A DNA stretch of 64,000 nt from Phycisphaerae bacterium (GTDB lineage Bacteria; Planctomycetota; Phycisphaerae; UBA1845), in assembly GCA_963666835.2 (NCBI GenBank), contig CAXXGO010000006.1:1664001-1728000 (forward strand), written 5' to 3'. The stretch's first letter is position 1. Each line of letters begins with the position of its first letter. A program made the translations under genes and the position numbers. This document shows, in pieces, positions 31,051-42,342 of this stretch. The notes under the pieces are model-generated. The model was not told the origin of the DNA and did no database searches. It saw only the letters and a program-made list of their open reading frames with translations.

Positions 31051-33546
31051 ATGCCCAAGACCGATAGCACGGCGCACGCCGCGAGCCCTGCAGCAGAAAG
31101 CCCGAAAAACGCCGGACGCGGTCCGCTCAAGGAGTCGTTTCTGGACCACGTGCGGTTTACGCAGGCGAAGGTCCCCGGATATGCGTCCGAACGAGACCTT
31201 TTCTTTGCCCTGGCCATGACCGTCCGGGATCGTCTCATCGGACGTTGGATCGCCACGCGCAAGGCGTACTACCGCCATCCGGAGATCAAGCGGGTTTACT
31301 ACTTGTCTCTGGAGTTCCTCATGGGGCGTACGCTCGGCAACAGTCTGGTCAACCTCCAGCTTTACGACGAGTGCTACCAAGCTCTGTTCGAGCTGGGCTA
31401 TGACCTGGAGGAAATCCGGGAACTTGAAGAGGAGGCCGGGCTGGGCAACGGTGGTCTCGGACGCCTCGCCGCGTGCTTCCTCGATTCCATGGCCACCCTC
31501 GAGTTGCCGGGCTATGGTTACGGCATTCGATACGACTACGGCATGTTCCACCAGAGGATTCGCGACGGGCGTCAGGTGGAAGAGCCGGACGACTGGCTGC
31601 GTCTAGGCAATCCCTGGGAGATTCCTCGTCCCGAGCACACATTCCGAGTTCAATACTACGGTCGGGTGGAGGCGTACGAAGATGAGACCGGCCGGGAGCG
31701 GTTCCGCTGGGTCGATACGCATGACATCATGGCCTTGCCGTACGACAGTCCGGTGGCGGGCTACGACACTAATACGGTAAACTCACTGCGGCTCTTCTCG
31801 GCCAAGTCCACGAAGGAGTTCGATCTTTCCTATTTCAACCATGGCGATTATCTGCGGGCCTGCGAGGACAAGGCCCGGACGGAGAACATCACCAAGGTGC
31901 TCTACCCCAAGGACGACTTTGCTGAGGGGCGGGAGCTACGGCTCAAGCAAGAGTATTTGCTCGTATCTGCGTCATTGCAGGACATCCTGGATCGCTTCAG
32001 CGCTCAGCACGGTGATTGGATGCTCCTGCCGGACCGGGCCGCCATCCAACTCAACGATACTCATCCGGCTTTGGCCGTTCCGGAGCTGATGCGGGTGCTC
32101 ATGGACGACAAGGGGCTGGAGTGGGACGATGCCTGGAGCATCACGACCCGGACTTTCGCGTACACCAATCACACGGTTTTGCCCGAGGCTTTGGAGAAAT
32201 GGCGGGTCTCGCTCATGGGGCGGCTGCTGCCGCGGCACCTGCAGATCATCTTCGAGATCAATCGGCGGTTCCTCAAAGAGCTCCACGAACGCTATCCCGA
32301 CGACCCGGAACGTGTCGCTCGAATGTCACTAATCGAGGAGGGCAACGAGCAAAGTGTGCGGATGGCCCACCTCGCCATCGTAGGCAGTCATTCGGTCAAC
32401 GGGGTGTCCGCTTTGCACACCCACATTCTGACCGAGAGCATTTTGCGTGATTTCCACGAGTTCTACCCGACGCGTTTCAATAACAAGACCAACGGCATCA
32501 CCCCGAGACGCTGGCTCAAGAAGGCCAACTCCCCGCTCGCCTACCTTATCAGCGACGCTATCGGGGCCGATTGGCCTCGCAATCTCGATGAACTCCGTAA
32601 GCTGATTCCGCTGGCCGAAGATGCCGAGTTTCGGGCTCGTTGGCGGGAGATCAAAAAGCTCAACAAGGACCGGATGTCCGGGTATCTCCGCAAGACCCAG
32701 GACATTGTGATCGATCCGAATACGTTTTTCGACTGCCAGGCAAAACGCATCCACGAGTATAAACGTCAGATGCTTGTCATCCTTCACGTCATTACCTTGT
32801 ATAACCGGATTAAGGAGGGTCGCAGCGACATCGTACCGCGCACGGTGATGCTGGCCGGCAAAGCCGCGCCGGGTTACTACCAGGCCAAGCTGATCATCGA
32901 GCTGGCGTGCGCCGTCGGGAAGACCTTGGATGACGATCCCCAGGTTGCCGGCCGGCTCAAGCTGGCCTTTCTTGCTAACTATGGCGTTTCTCTGGCGGAG
33001 TACATCATCCCGGGAACCGAGCTGTCCGAGCAGATCTCGACGGCCGGGATGGAGGCCTCCGGCACGGGTAACATGAAGTTCGCCCTGAATGGTGCCCTGA
33101 CGATCGGTACGCTCGACGGGGCCAACGTCGAGATTCGCGATGAGGTCGGTGCGGACAACATCTTCATCTTCGGCCAGACCGCCGAGCAGGTCGCAGCCCA
33201 CTGGGCGGCCGGGTACAGCCCTTGGAAGTTCCGCGACCGCAATCCCGAGCTACGCCTGGCTCTCGACCAGATTCTCGGGGACACGTTCTGCCCCGGTCAA
33301 GCTGGCAGGTTTGCCCCGATTGTGGACCGGCTGCTTCGCGACGGCGATCCGTATATGGTGCTGGCCGATTATGATTCGTACATTCAGTGCCAGGAGGTTG
33401 TCGGCCGGACGTACGAAGACCGCGAGAAATGGGGCCGGATGTCGATCCTCAACACGGCCAACATGGGCAAGTTCTCCAGCGACCGCACCATCCGCGAGTA
33501 CGCGGAAGAGATCTGGAACGTGCGCCCGGTGCCGGTGGAACTATAG
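31051..33546 (+). CDS. glgP: Glycogen/starch phosphorylase
   Basis: YLSLEFLMGR, GLGNGGLGRLAACF, QLNDTHP, KRIHEYKRQ, EASGTGNMKF (PLP Lys), FSSDRTI. Confidence 0.96.
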   Translation: MPKTDSTAHAASPAAESPKNAGRGPLKESFLDHVRFTQAKVPGYASERDLFFALAMTVRDRLIGRWIATRKAYYRHPEIKRVYYLSLEFLMGRTLGNSLVNLQLYDECYQALFELGYDLEEIRELEEEAGLGNGGLGRLAACFLDSMATLELPGYGYGIRYDYGMFHQRIRDGRQVEEPDDWLRLGNPWEIPRPEHTFRVQYYGRVEAYEDETGRERFRWVDTHDIMALPYDSPVAGYDTNTVNSLRLFSAKSTKEFDLSYFNHGDYLRACEDKARTENITKVLYPKDDFAEGRELRLKQEYLLVSASLQDILDRFSAQHGDWMLLPDRAAIQLNDTHPALAVPELMRVLMDDKGLEWDDAWSITTRTFAYTNHTVLPEALEKWRVSLMGRLLPRHLQIIFEINRRFLKELHERYPDDPERVARMSLIEEGNEQSVRMAHLAIVGSHSVNGVSALHTHILTESILRDFHEFYPTRFNNKTNGITPRRWLKKANSPLAYLISDAIGADWPRNLDELRKLIPLAEDAEFRARWREIKKLNKDRMSGYLRKTQDIVIDPNTFFDCQAKRIHEYKRQMLVILHVITLYNRIKEGRSDIVPRTVMLAGKAAPGYYQAKLIIELACAVGKTLDDDPQVAGRLKLAFLANYGVSLAEYIIPGTELSEQISTAGMEASGTGNMKFALNGALTIGTLDGANVEIRDEVGADNIFIFGQTAEQVAAHWAAGYSPWKFRDRNPELRLALDQILGDTFCPGQAGRFAPIVDRLLRDGDPYMVLADYDSYIQCQEVVGRTYEDREKWGRMSILNTANMGKFSSDRTIREYAEEIWNVRPVPVEL

Positions 33547-33636
33547 GGCTGCGTTGCACCCGGATTCTCGGGTGTGTTACCGCTGTTGAGCATCGCGGAA
33601 TCGTCATTACCTCATGACACCAGATTGTCACCATCC

Positions 33637-34510
33637 GTAGGGCAGGTCGAGGCCCGAGACCTGCCGCAAAGACGCCCGATGCGCGAAGGCTGCGTGGCGA
33701 TTCGAGCCCGTATGGTCCGCTGTGCGGACCGGGCGGTTCAGGGCTCCGCCGCGCTTTGGTTCGCAGTGCGGACCGCGCCTGCTCCACGGGTCAACGAGTT
33801 GTCCCATGACACCTATGTGGCACCATCTGTAGGGCAGGTCGAGGCACGAGACCTGCCACAAGGGCGCACGATGTGCAGAGTCTGCGTGGCCATTCGAATG
33901 CCCCCGCCTCTGCAACGCTACGCCACCCGGGCCCGCACCGAACAGCAGTCGGCCGGGCATGCGGCGATCTGTCCCGAAGGGACGTAGGCGGGTAGCCACG
34001 GGTGGAGCGTAGCGGAACCCGTGGGTGCCATTCGCCCCATGTGCTCCCGTCCCGAAGGGCCGGCGGACGGTTAGAGGGATCACGCGACGAGCGCGGCAGG
34101 TCTCGTGCCTCGACCATGCCCTACGATCTGCTAACCGCATTTGCATCGGCGAGTGAACCGGTCCGCACAGCAGGCCCTACCGGCTGCGTGTCATGCAAAG
34201 CCGCGGCAGGTCTCGTGCCTCGACCATGCCCTACGATCTGCCAACCGCATTTGCATCGGCGAGTGAACCGGTCCGCACAGCAGGCCCTACCGGCTGCGTG
34301 TCATGCAAAGCCGCGGCAGGTCTCGTGCCTCGACCATGCCCTACGATCTGCTAACCGCATTTGCATCGGCGAGTGAACCGGTCCGCACAGCAGGCCCTAC
34401 CGGCTGCGTGTCATGCAAAGCCGCGGCAGGTCTCGTGCCTCGACCATGCCCTACGGTCTGCTAACCGCATTTGCGTCAGCGAGTGAACCGGTCCGCACAG
34501 CGGACCCTGC
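33637..34510. repeat. REP-like cluster 2 including a 110-bp tandem unit x4
   Basis: REP at 33637, 33829 (forward) and 34095, 34205, 34315, 34425 (reverse, period 110); each unit also carries GGTCCGCACAGCAGGCCCTAC. Confidence 0.9.
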
Positions 34511-34572
34511 CGAATCCACGGTGCGGAAGGGGCGATGAAGCCGTTGCGGTCGAACGGGCGGGGCCCGCAATG

Positions 34573-36510
34573 TCAGACAATGCCGGAATATTGGTCGAGT
34601 GCTTCCGGGTTGGCCAAGGCGTCGCGGTTGAGGACGGGGTCGCCGTGGATCATGTTGGTGACGGCCAGCTCGACCTTCTTCCCGCTGATCGTATACGGAA
34701 CCGCGGTCACCTGCTTGATGAACTTCGGTACGTGGCGTTTGGTCGCCCCCTCGGCGATCCGCTTGCGGATCTTGTCGATTAGCTCGCTATCCAACGTCAG
34801 ACCTTCGCGCAGGGCAACAAATAGGCATACCTGCACGTCGGCGTCTTCGGTTTGCTTGCCGACCACCACGCTATCCACCACCTCCTCCATCGTTTCGACC
34901 TGCCGGTAGATCTCCGCCGTGCCGATTCGCACTCCGCCGGGGTTGAGCGTCGCATCGGACCGGCCGTAGACGATGACCCCGCCGCGCTTGGTGATCTCCA
35001 CGAAATCTCCGTGCCGCCAGATTCCGGGATAATGCTCGAAATACGCGCTACGGTACTTCTCGTTGTCCTTATCGCGCCAGAACCCTGCGGGCTGGGACGG
35101 AAACGGGGCACAGCAGACAAGCTCTCCCTTCTCTCCCACGAGCGACTTACCCACGGCATCAAAGGCGTGGACGTCCATGCCAAGACCAAGACACTGGACC
35201 TCTCCGGCGTATACCGGGAGCATCGGGTTGCCCAGGATGAAGCAACTGATGATGTCCGTGCCCCCGCAAATGCTGGACAACTGCAAGTCGTCTTTGACAT
35301 TGCGATACACCCAGCGGAAGTTCTCGACCGTTAACGGCGACCCGGTAGACAGGACCGCCCGCAGTTTCGATAGATCGTGCTGCGTCCGCGGCTCCAACTG
35401 CACCTTCTCGCAGGCGGATATATACTTCGGGCTCGTGCCGAAGACCGTGATCCCCAACCGTTCCGCCATCTGCCAGAGGTGGTCCGGGGTCGGGCTGAAC
35501 GGACTGCCCTCATAGAGCACCACGGTGGCGCCGACGCCCAGGGCACTGACCAGCCAGTTCCACATCATCCAACCGCAAGTCGTGAAATACAGAATCGTGT
35601 CGTCGCGCCGCAGGTCGCAATGCAGCATCAACTCCTTCATGTGCTGCAAGAGCGTGCCACCCACCCCGTGAACGATGCACTTGGGGATGCCCGTCGTGCC
35701 GGACGAGTACATGATGTATACCGGATGATCGAACGGGACCGGCTCGAACGTCAGCTCCGCGGCGTCTGCCAGGAAGTCACCCCACCGTACGGCGCTTCTG
35801 ATCCCGGATACGTCCGGAGCCGCCTCGATGAACGGTACGATGATCACCTGCTCGATGCTCGGGATCTTCTCGACAATCCCGGCGATTCGTTCGAGCGAGC
35901 TGATCGTCTTGCCGTTGTAGGTGTAGCCGTCCGCGGCCACGAGCATCTTCGGCTCGATCTGGCCGAACCGGTCGAACACCCCGTTGATTCCGAAATCAGG
36001 GGAGCATGAGGACCAAACCGCACCGATACTCGCGGCCGCGAGCATGGCGATGACCGCCTCCGGGATATTGGGCATGTAACCGCCGACGCGGTCGCCGCGG
36101 GTGATTCCCGCAGCCCGCATCGACGCCGCCAGCCGGGCCACCTCGGCGCGCAACGCCCGGTAGGTAATCGTCCGCGTCCGCCCCAGCTCGTCCTCGGCCT
36201 CGATGGCCACGCGGTCATCGTCGAACCGCAGCAGGTGCGCAGCGAAGTTCAACTCCATACCCGCGAACCACTTGGTCCCGAGCATTCCCTCTCCGCTTTC
36301 TACGGAATCTGCCGCCTTGGTTGGGGCAACTTCTGCGAAATCGAGAAGTTCCTGCCAGAACTGGTCACGATGCTCCACCGACCAGCGGTGCAACGCGGGC
36401 CAGTCCGCAGCGAAGCCGTACTTTTTGGCCGCCATGGTCATAAACGCGTGCATCTGCGATTTCTGGATACGTTCCGGAGATGGCTGCCACAGCAGTTCCG
36501 CATCTTGCAT
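34573..36510 (-). CDS. Acetoacetate--CoA ligase
   Basis: LLWQPS, SSCSPDFG, MYSSGTTGIPKCIVHGVGG, FTTCGWMMWNW, SICGGTDI, GRSDATLNPGGVRIG. Confidence 0.93.
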   Translation of the reverse strand: MQDAELLWQPSPERIQKSQMHAFMTMAAKKYGFAADWPALHRWSVEHRDQFWQELLDFAEVAPTKAADSVESGEGMLGTKWFAGMELNFAAHLLRFDDDRVAIEAEDELGRTRTITYRALRAEVARLAASMRAAGITRGDRVGGYMPNIPEAVIAMLAAASIGAVWSSCSPDFGINGVFDRFGQIEPKMLVAADGYTYNGKTISSLERIAGIVEKIPSIEQVIIVPFIEAAPDVSGIRSAVRWGDFLADAAELTFEPVPFDHPVYIMYSSGTTGIPKCIVHGVGGTLLQHMKELMLHCDLRRDDTILYFTTCGWMMWNWLVSALGVGATVVLYEGSPFSPTPDHLWQMAERLGITVFGTSPKYISACEKVQLEPRTQHDLSKLRAVLSTGSPLTVENFRWVYRNVKDDLQLSSICGGTDIISCFILGNPMLPVYAGEVQCLGLGMDVHAFDAVGKSLVGEKGELVCCAPFPSQPAGFWRDKDNEKYRSAYFEHYPGIWRHGDFVEITKRGGVIVYGRSDATLNPGGVRIGTAEIYRQVETMEEVVDSVVVGKQTEDADVQVCLFVALREGLTLDSELIDKIRKRIAEGATKRHVPKFIKQVTAVPYTISGKKVELAVTNMIHGDPVLNRDALANPEALDQYSGIV

Positions 36511-36623
36511 GATTATCTCGCCACCGGTTGGAGGTTTCGGGAGTTCCCGATTCACGGATCGGGGCATTACGCCGCCCGTACACTCATAGTCCGCGACCAT
36601 TCTTGTGGCATGTTCCGGGGGCG

Positions 36624-37808
36624 TCAACTTTCCGCGCGGGCCTTGCGGCGTGCGAAGCGATTGCCCGGCAGGCGTTGGATCAGGCCCTTCAGTTGCAGCG
36701 CCGTAAGCGTCGAAGTCACCTGTGCCATATCCAGCTCGGCTGACATACAGATTTCGTCGGCGTCTGCGGTTCCCTCGGCCAGCACCGTCAGAATGGCCTG
36801 CTCGGTTGCGCCGGCGGGCGACGCGGCGGCCGGAGCCTCGCCGGCAGGTTCCGCTTCGTCTCCGGCGTACCCCCGCATAATCTCCCCGACCTCCTGCAAC
36901 TCGTCGAGAATGTCCTCCAGGCTGGTAATCAGCTTCGCTTGCCCATCACGGATCAGACCGTTCGTTCCGCACGTAAGCGATGGCTGGTCCAGACGCCCGG
37001 GAATCGCAAAGACCTCGCGGTTGTACTCGCTGGCCAGCCGGGCCGTGATTAACGCGCCGCTGCGCTTCCCGGCCTCAACGATAATCACCCCCAGAGCGAG
37101 CCCAACGATGATCCGGTTCCTCCGGGGAAAGTTCTCCGGGGTGGGGGACACGTCGATTGGGTACTCGCTGACCAGCGCCCCAGTCCTCGTGATCTCTTCG
37201 GCCAGCTCGTTGTGCTCCGGCGGATATACTGTGGCCAGCCCATTGCCCAGCACGGCAATCGTTCGGCCGCCGGCCCGGATTGCTCCACGGTGGGCATGAC
37301 CGTCCACCCCTCTTGCCAACCCGGAGATTACCGTGAAGCCTGCGGCCCCGAGCAGTTCCGCGAACCGCATGGCCTGCTCGCGCCCATAGTGCGAGCATCT
37401 TCTCGTCCCGACTATCGCAAGCGCCACGCAGTCCGTTGGCTGGAGAGTTCCGCGAACATATATACAAGTCGGCGGGTCCGGAATGTGGTGCAGCGGCTTG
37501 GGATAATCGGAATCCTCCAGGCATAGGATGCGTACCCCGCATTGGCTCGCCCGTTCAATCTCGGTATCGACCGTGGCGTCGCCGCGTGCTTGGAAGACGG
37601 CCTCGGCCACCTTCTCGGAGATCAGACTGACCTGCATGAGCTCCGTTCTCGACGCATCCAGGACGGCCTCGATTGACCCGAAGTGCTCGATGAGGTTCCG
37701 CAGCCGAATCGGCCCGACCATGGGGGCCAAGTGCAGACGCAGGTACTTACGCCCCACCTCGGAAACCACCGGCCCGGCCTTGGGTGTCATTAGATCTGCT
37801 TCGCTCAT
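36624..37808 (-). CDS. dprA: DNA-processing protein DprA
   Basis: AIVGTR, VISGLARGVDG.AH, FPRRNRII, VEAGKRSGALITA, C-terminal winged helix. Confidence 0.95.
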   Translation of the reverse strand: MSEADLMTPKAGPVVSEVGRKYLRLHLAPMVGPIRLRNLIEHFGSIEAVLDASRTELMQVSLISEKVAEAVFQARGDATVDTEIERASQCGVRILCLEDSDYPKPLHHIPDPPTCIYVRGTLQPTDCVALAIVGTRRCSHYGREQAMRFAELLGAAGFTVISGLARGVDGHAHRGAIRAGGRTIAVLGNGLATVYPPEHNELAEEITRTGALVSEYPIDVSPTPENFPRRNRIIVGLALGVIIVEAGKRSGALITARLASEYNREVFAIPGRLDQPSLTCGTNGLIRDGQAKLITSLEDILDELQEVGEIMRGYAGDEAEPAGEAPAAASPAGATEQAILTVLAEGTADADEICMSAELDMAQVTSTLTALQLKGLIQRLPGNRFARRKARAES

Positions 37809-38053
37809 TGTCGCGCCATCCCAGAAGAACGGTCTTGATAGGAAGATTCAAGTGTAACAGAGAGCCGGCGATAACTCAAGCCGCATCGCCGGATTCGACC
37901 ACCGAGGGGGTCGGGATTATTTCTTACATCGATGAGTCGGCGTCGTTATACTAGTTACCAGGAGGGTTTGTGAATCGGTCGGGGCGTCACCCCGCGTTGC
38001 GTGATTCCCGCATCTCAAGAGTTCAGAATAACAGGGTTCGGAGGGCAAGAAGG

Positions 38054-39430
38054 ATGTTCTCATCTTCAATCGGTCGCGGGTCGGTGCGTTGTACGGTTAT
38101 CCTGCTGTTGGGCGTGCTCCTTCTCGGCGCCGCCCCGGCATTCGGGGCAACGATGGCGGAGCAGTTTCAGGCCCAACGTGGCGTGACCACTATCGGGTTC
38201 GGTCCGCTTGGCGGGATGTTCAACTTCCTCGGCTGCAACCGGGAATACGCCTACCCGGCCATGGGTGGCCCACCGCCGGGAACTCCGTCGGGCGCCACGC
38301 AGGTCTTTATCTCTCGTTGGTGCGAGAATCATCGTTGGCAGGCGGCGTGTGAGGAGTCCTGCGTTCGGTCCGCGCAGAACATCAACATCTCCATCCACTT
38401 CGGTGACGGATCGGTCTACGTGTACCGGTTCTATTCGAGCCGAATGAACTGCACTAACGGCGATTATCAGTACTTCCGAAGCGCAAATGACGAAGCCAGT
38501 GGAATTGGATATCACCGGATCCGATCCGATAGCATTCGCCGGACGCAATCCTCCAGTGCGCGGGCGGAAGTGGTGGAGGAGAACAGCTCAGCAGCCTGGC
38601 GGGCACCGGCCGGGGGGACTCTGGTGCTGGGTGATGACGCCCAAGATACCGTTGAGGATCTTGACGATATCGAGCTGTGCGCGGGATCCGGCGGGACTCT
38701 CGATCTCCGCGGGCTCGATCCGACCGTGCCGGTTCTTGTGACGAGCCAACCGGTCACCATTTACGCGGATAACGTCTTGTTGGATGGGGGCGTGAGTCTC
38801 TCCGATCTCTTCAGCCCCGCCCCGACCGTGGTCGCCGGAGCCGACCGTTACGAGGTCGAGATCGCCCCGGTTTCGCGAACCTGCATGATCGGGCCCGGCG
38901 ACTATATGACGGTTTTGTCCATCCACAATCTCTCTAACGTGGATGATAGTATTACGGTGTCTTTGAGCGATGAGCTCGGTTGGCTGGCGACGTCTGATAC
39001 GGTGATCCCCATTGTCGCCGGCGGGTCCACGAATTTCGACGTTGTCGTCGTTGCTCCGGATCCTGCGGGGATGTGTGACATCGATAAGGTAACCGTCACG
39101 GCCACCACTAGCGATGGGGGATCCGCCGACTTCGAGTTTGAGATCAGCGCGGATGTCGACCTGGACAGCGATACCATTCCTAACGCCTGTGATGTGTGCT
39201 GGAACGACATCGACGCGGGGCAGGAGGACGGCGATACCGACGCCACCGGGGACGCTTGTGACAACTGCCCGGCAACCTTCAACCCGTGGCAGGCCGACGA
39301 GGACGGGGACGGGATCGGCGATGCGTGCGAGGGGAACGTTCCCGCGGTGTCGGAATGGGGGGTGCTGGTTCTGTTACTGCTTACTGCTTCGGCGGGGTCG
39401 GTCGTGTTCGCCCGACGCCGGACGAGCTAG
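38054..39430 (+). CDS. Secreted protein with thrombospondin type-3 repeats and IPTL-CTERM sorting signal
   Basis: Signal peptide; [11 protein letters not shown]...[14 protein letters not shown]-terminus [15 protein letters not shown]...FARRR. Confidence 0.8.
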   Translation: MFSSSIGRGSVRCTVILLLGVLLLGAAPAFGATMAEQFQAQRGVTTIGFGPLGGMFNFLGCNREYAYPAMGGPPPGTPSGATQVFISRWCENHRWQAACEESCVRSAQNINISIHFGDGSVYVYRFYSSRMNCTNGDYQYFRSANDEASGIGYHRIRSDSIRRTQSSSARAEVVEENSSAAWRAPAGGTLVLGDDAQDTVEDLDDIELCAGSGGTLDLRGLDPTVPVLVTSQPVTIYADNVLLDGGVSLSDLFSPAPTVVAGADRYEVEIAPVSRTCMIGPGDYMTVLSIHNLSNVDDSITVSLSDELGWLATSDTVIPIVAGGSTNFDVVVVAPDPAGMCDIDKVTVTATTSDGGSADFEFEISADVDLDSDTIPNACDVCWNDIDAGQEDGDTDATGDACDNCPATFNPWQADEDGDGIGDACEGNVPAVSEWGVLVLLLLTASAGSVVFARRRTS

Positions 39431-39443
39431 GATTGCGAAGCGG

Positions 39444-40091
39444 CTACGGGCGGCCGAAGGTCTGCGTCCAGTAGTTGCCCGCGTAATAGCCGACCCCCGT
39501 TTCGGTGTATTCGCCCTGCATGAGGTTTGCGCAGTGGCCGGAGCTGCCCATCCAGCCGGCCACTACATCTTCCGGCGTGCTATAGCCCCAGGCGATGTTC
39601 TCCGCCCAGGCGGATCCGCTGTAGCCGGCGTCTTCAAGCCGATCGCCCGGGCCGGCGCCGTCGGGGCTGGTGTGATCGAAGTAATCCCGCGCGGCCATGT
39701 CCCACGAGTGATTCCGCGCGGCACAGCGAAGCGTGGAATTCATAGTGAGCGGTCCGGCCGGCTCGAACACGCCGCCGGTTCCGCAATCCGCGCCTTCCGC
39801 CCGCCGCTGGTTTATCAGCTCGAGCACCTCTTCCTCGAAGGTGTTCCAACTCGTAGTCCAAGTGGTTACAGCATCGCAGTAGTCGTTTGCGGGCATGCCC
39901 TCGTCCGACACCTGGTCGAGGACCCCGCCCCCATTCGTGATCGAGTCGATCGTGGATATCGCCTGCATGCCGCATCCCCCGACGCTGATCGCAGGAACCA
40001 GACACGCCAAACAACAGGACTCCGCCGCTGCAACGCGAGCGATTTTCGGTAATAGCACGATGGTTGAACCTCCTCTCGTTTCCCTTTGCAT
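39444..40091 (-). CDS. CAP/SCP domain protein
   Basis: VLELINQRR, L.CAARNHS.DM...YFDH, AENIAWG, GWMGSSGHCANLM; start uncertain. Confidence 0.88.
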   Translation of the reverse strand: MQRETRGGSTIVLLPKIARVAAAESCCLACLVPAISVGGCGMQAISTIDSITNGGGVLDQVSDEGMPANDYCDAVTTWTTSWNTFEEEVLELINQRRAEGADCGTGGVFEPAGPLTMNSTLRCAARNHSWDMAARDYFDHTSPDGAGPGDRLEDAGYSGSAWAENIAWGYSTPEDVVAGWMGSSGHCANLMQGEYTETGVGYYAGNYWTQTFGRP

Positions 40092-40158
40092 CGGCTGTTT
40101 TAAGGCAACACGCCAGTACGGCGGCCGGCCCCGTTCCTCGATGCTGTCATATCAGTCC

Positions 40159-40833
40159 GTAGGGTCCGCCGTGCGGACCATCAGCAGGTAGGGCACGGTC
40201 GAGGAACGAGACCTGCCATTAAGGCCGCAATGGCTCGAGTCGCACGAATATGTGCCACCCACGTGGCTCGCGGGACCAGCCCGCTAGGGCGGCAGCTCTG
40301 CCTAGCCCGCGGCGTCAGCCGCGGGATCGAGTCGCACGTCAACCCAAGCCCCGCCAGGGGCGGCACTTCGATGATTGAAGAGCTCCCGGTGGTCGCCAAC
40401 GTGCTCCTCTTATGATGTTGAATCACCGGTGTTCGATCCAAACCTCGACGTCTTGTGCCGCCCCCAAGGGGGCTTGGCGTGAAGCGACCGCACAATCCCC
40501 CAGGCTTACGCCGCGGGGCTATAGGACCTGTCGCCCCAAGGTGTTTCACTTCCGACACGCTCGAGGTACGAGGCCTGCCAGAAGAAGTCGAGCGTCGCGC
40601 GAAAACCTCGTAGGGCACGGTCTCGTCCCTCGACTTGGTCTACAAGGGAACTTACCCGGACGACCATCGATGGGCCGGAACACGCGCCAAACTCAAGAGG
40701 ACGTGCTGCCCGGCCTTGGTGGCAGGTCTCGTGCCTCGGCCGTGCCCTACGGGTCGGCCGTGTTGTATGAAGGTCGAGCGTTCGGTGCGGTTTGAGAGTT
40801 TGCGGCAGGTCTCGTTCCTCGACCGTGCCCTAC
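40159..40833. repeat. REP-like cluster 3 (mosaic of several hairpin families)
   Basis: GTAGGGTCCGCCGTGCGGACC at 40159; REP at 40188, 40721, 40804; 40188-40293 is an inverted copy of 59259-59363. Confidence 0.85.
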
Positions 40834-41005
40834 GAATCATCAACGCCGGTTGGCGGTCCTGCGCTGCGCGCAGTCGATTCGGCGAGTATGCTACACGCCC
40901 CGGGAATCCCCGTTGAGGGAAACCCGATTCGGTCCGCAATCCGCGCCGCGATGTCCGGACACCACAATCGGTGATGAGACACCTTGCGAGATTAGGGCGT
41001 CTTCC

Positions 41006-41035
41006 TTGACTATCTTCGCGCAACCTGCGTACGAT
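41006..41035 (+). promoter_or_regulatory. Sigma70-like promoter
   Basis: TTGACT-18-TACGAT; paralogous to 42313-42342. Confidence 0.45.
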
Positions 41036-41235
41036 TACTGTAACAACTGCCCAGTGGTGTTGAAGTTGCCCGCTGTCGCTGGATGCAGAGACACATTCAC
41101 AAAGTGACATGAACAGGGCACTCCGACGCCACGTGGGGTGTCGCTTTCGTTGAGATCGAACGCGCGGAGGTGTTTCGATCCGCATCAACGTTCGCGGGCG
41201 TCTACTCAAGCCTTCTGGGGTCAGCGTGAAGCCGT

Positions 41236-42129
41236 ATGAGATTGCTTACCATCCCGGCGCGCAGCGATCGATTAGTCGCCGCGTACATTGTCGCGGTTTG
41301 TCTTTGCGGCATAATTATGACATGTCTCCTTGCGTATAACGATCGGGCAGTCGCGTTTTGCAGCAATTCGGTAGCCGTAGGCATCATACTCGTCTTCTTG
41401 ATGATAATGTTCTGGGCCGGCCTTTCCTGGCGGATGCACCGGTCGTCGTACAACCACCTGCGGGCCAAGGTTGGCCCATTACCGGAGCCGGATCGCGACC
41501 TGGGGCTGCCACTCATTTGGGACGACCGGGTCATTCTGAAGAAGGCCCGGCGCCGATTGAGTGAGGACGCCGAGCCGATCTTCCTTGCCTACGGACTTTT
41601 CGCGGAGCCCTTGTCTTTCCGGGCCCCCGACCAATTGCGCCAACCGATTAGTCTCGGATCGGGTAGGCCTCTAGGCCCGGGGACGTGGATGGTCGTTGCG
41701 CTGTGGCTTACCTGGCTTGGGATGTTCTGCGTGGGAGTGAGGAACTGGGAAGGGTGGGTACTTCGTCAGGTCATCCTTGGTTTAGCCGTTGCCTCCACCG
41801 CCGGCTGGGGCGTTCACTTCTTCTTGTGCAGGATTCGGGAGGAGGTCCGGGTCGGAGAAGGGGTTCTCGATATCTACCGGATACCTTTTGGGGGCGGGGA
41901 TCCTATCCGGAGGTTGCGATACTCGGTGGAGGATGAAGGGACTTTCTTCATCCTGAAATCCCCGGCGGCCGGTTCGGCGGAAAGTCACATGGTCTGTGGT
42001 GCGAGGCCGACTCTGCTGGTCGGCAACGCTCATAGAAGCCACCGGATTCGCCTTCGACGTACGGATGTGACGCAGGTCCTTGATCGACTGCTGGTGCGGA
42101 AGGCTCGAACCGAATTGCCGACACTCTAG
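41236..42129 (+). CDS. Hypothetical membrane protein (about 4 TM)
   Basis: 297 aa ORF, two pairs of hydrophobic segments. Confidence 0.6.
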   Translation: MRLLTIPARSDRLVAAYIVAVCLCGIIMTCLLAYNDRAVAFCSNSVAVGIILVFLMIMFWAGLSWRMHRSSYNHLRAKVGPLPEPDRDLGLPLIWDDRVILKKARRRLSEDAEPIFLAYGLFAEPLSFRAPDQLRQPISLGSGRPLGPGTWMVVALWLTWLGMFCVGVRNWEGWVLRQVILGLAVASTAGWGVHFFLCRIREEVRVGEGVLDIYRIPFGGGDPIRRLRYSVEDEGTFFILKSPAAGSAESHMVCGARPTLLVGNAHRSHRIRLRRTDVTQVLDRLLVRKARTELPTL

Positions 42130-42312
42130 GACCTACGAATCATCAACGCCGGTTCGCGGAATCGGCGACCGGCTTCCGTGGATCGCCGCTATGCGTGTTG
42201 CCTGGACTTCGGTCCTGCGTTACGCACAGTCGGTTTGGCGGGCGATCTCAGTTCCGATATCGGGACGCCGCAAGCTCTGATGAAGGAACCTGCAATATGC
42301 GAGCGTTCCGCC

Positions 42313-42342
42313 TTGACTATCTGTGTGTGATTCGCTTAGGAT
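42313..42342 (+). promoter_or_regulatory. Sigma70-like promoter
   Basis: TTGACT-18-TAGGAT. Confidence 0.45.

Noticed and set aside
34095..34454. CRISPR array (also considered for 44016-44294 and 59334-59813)
   Set aside because: Inter-repeat segments are near-identical rather than unique spacers, are 53-120 bp long, and no cas genes are present
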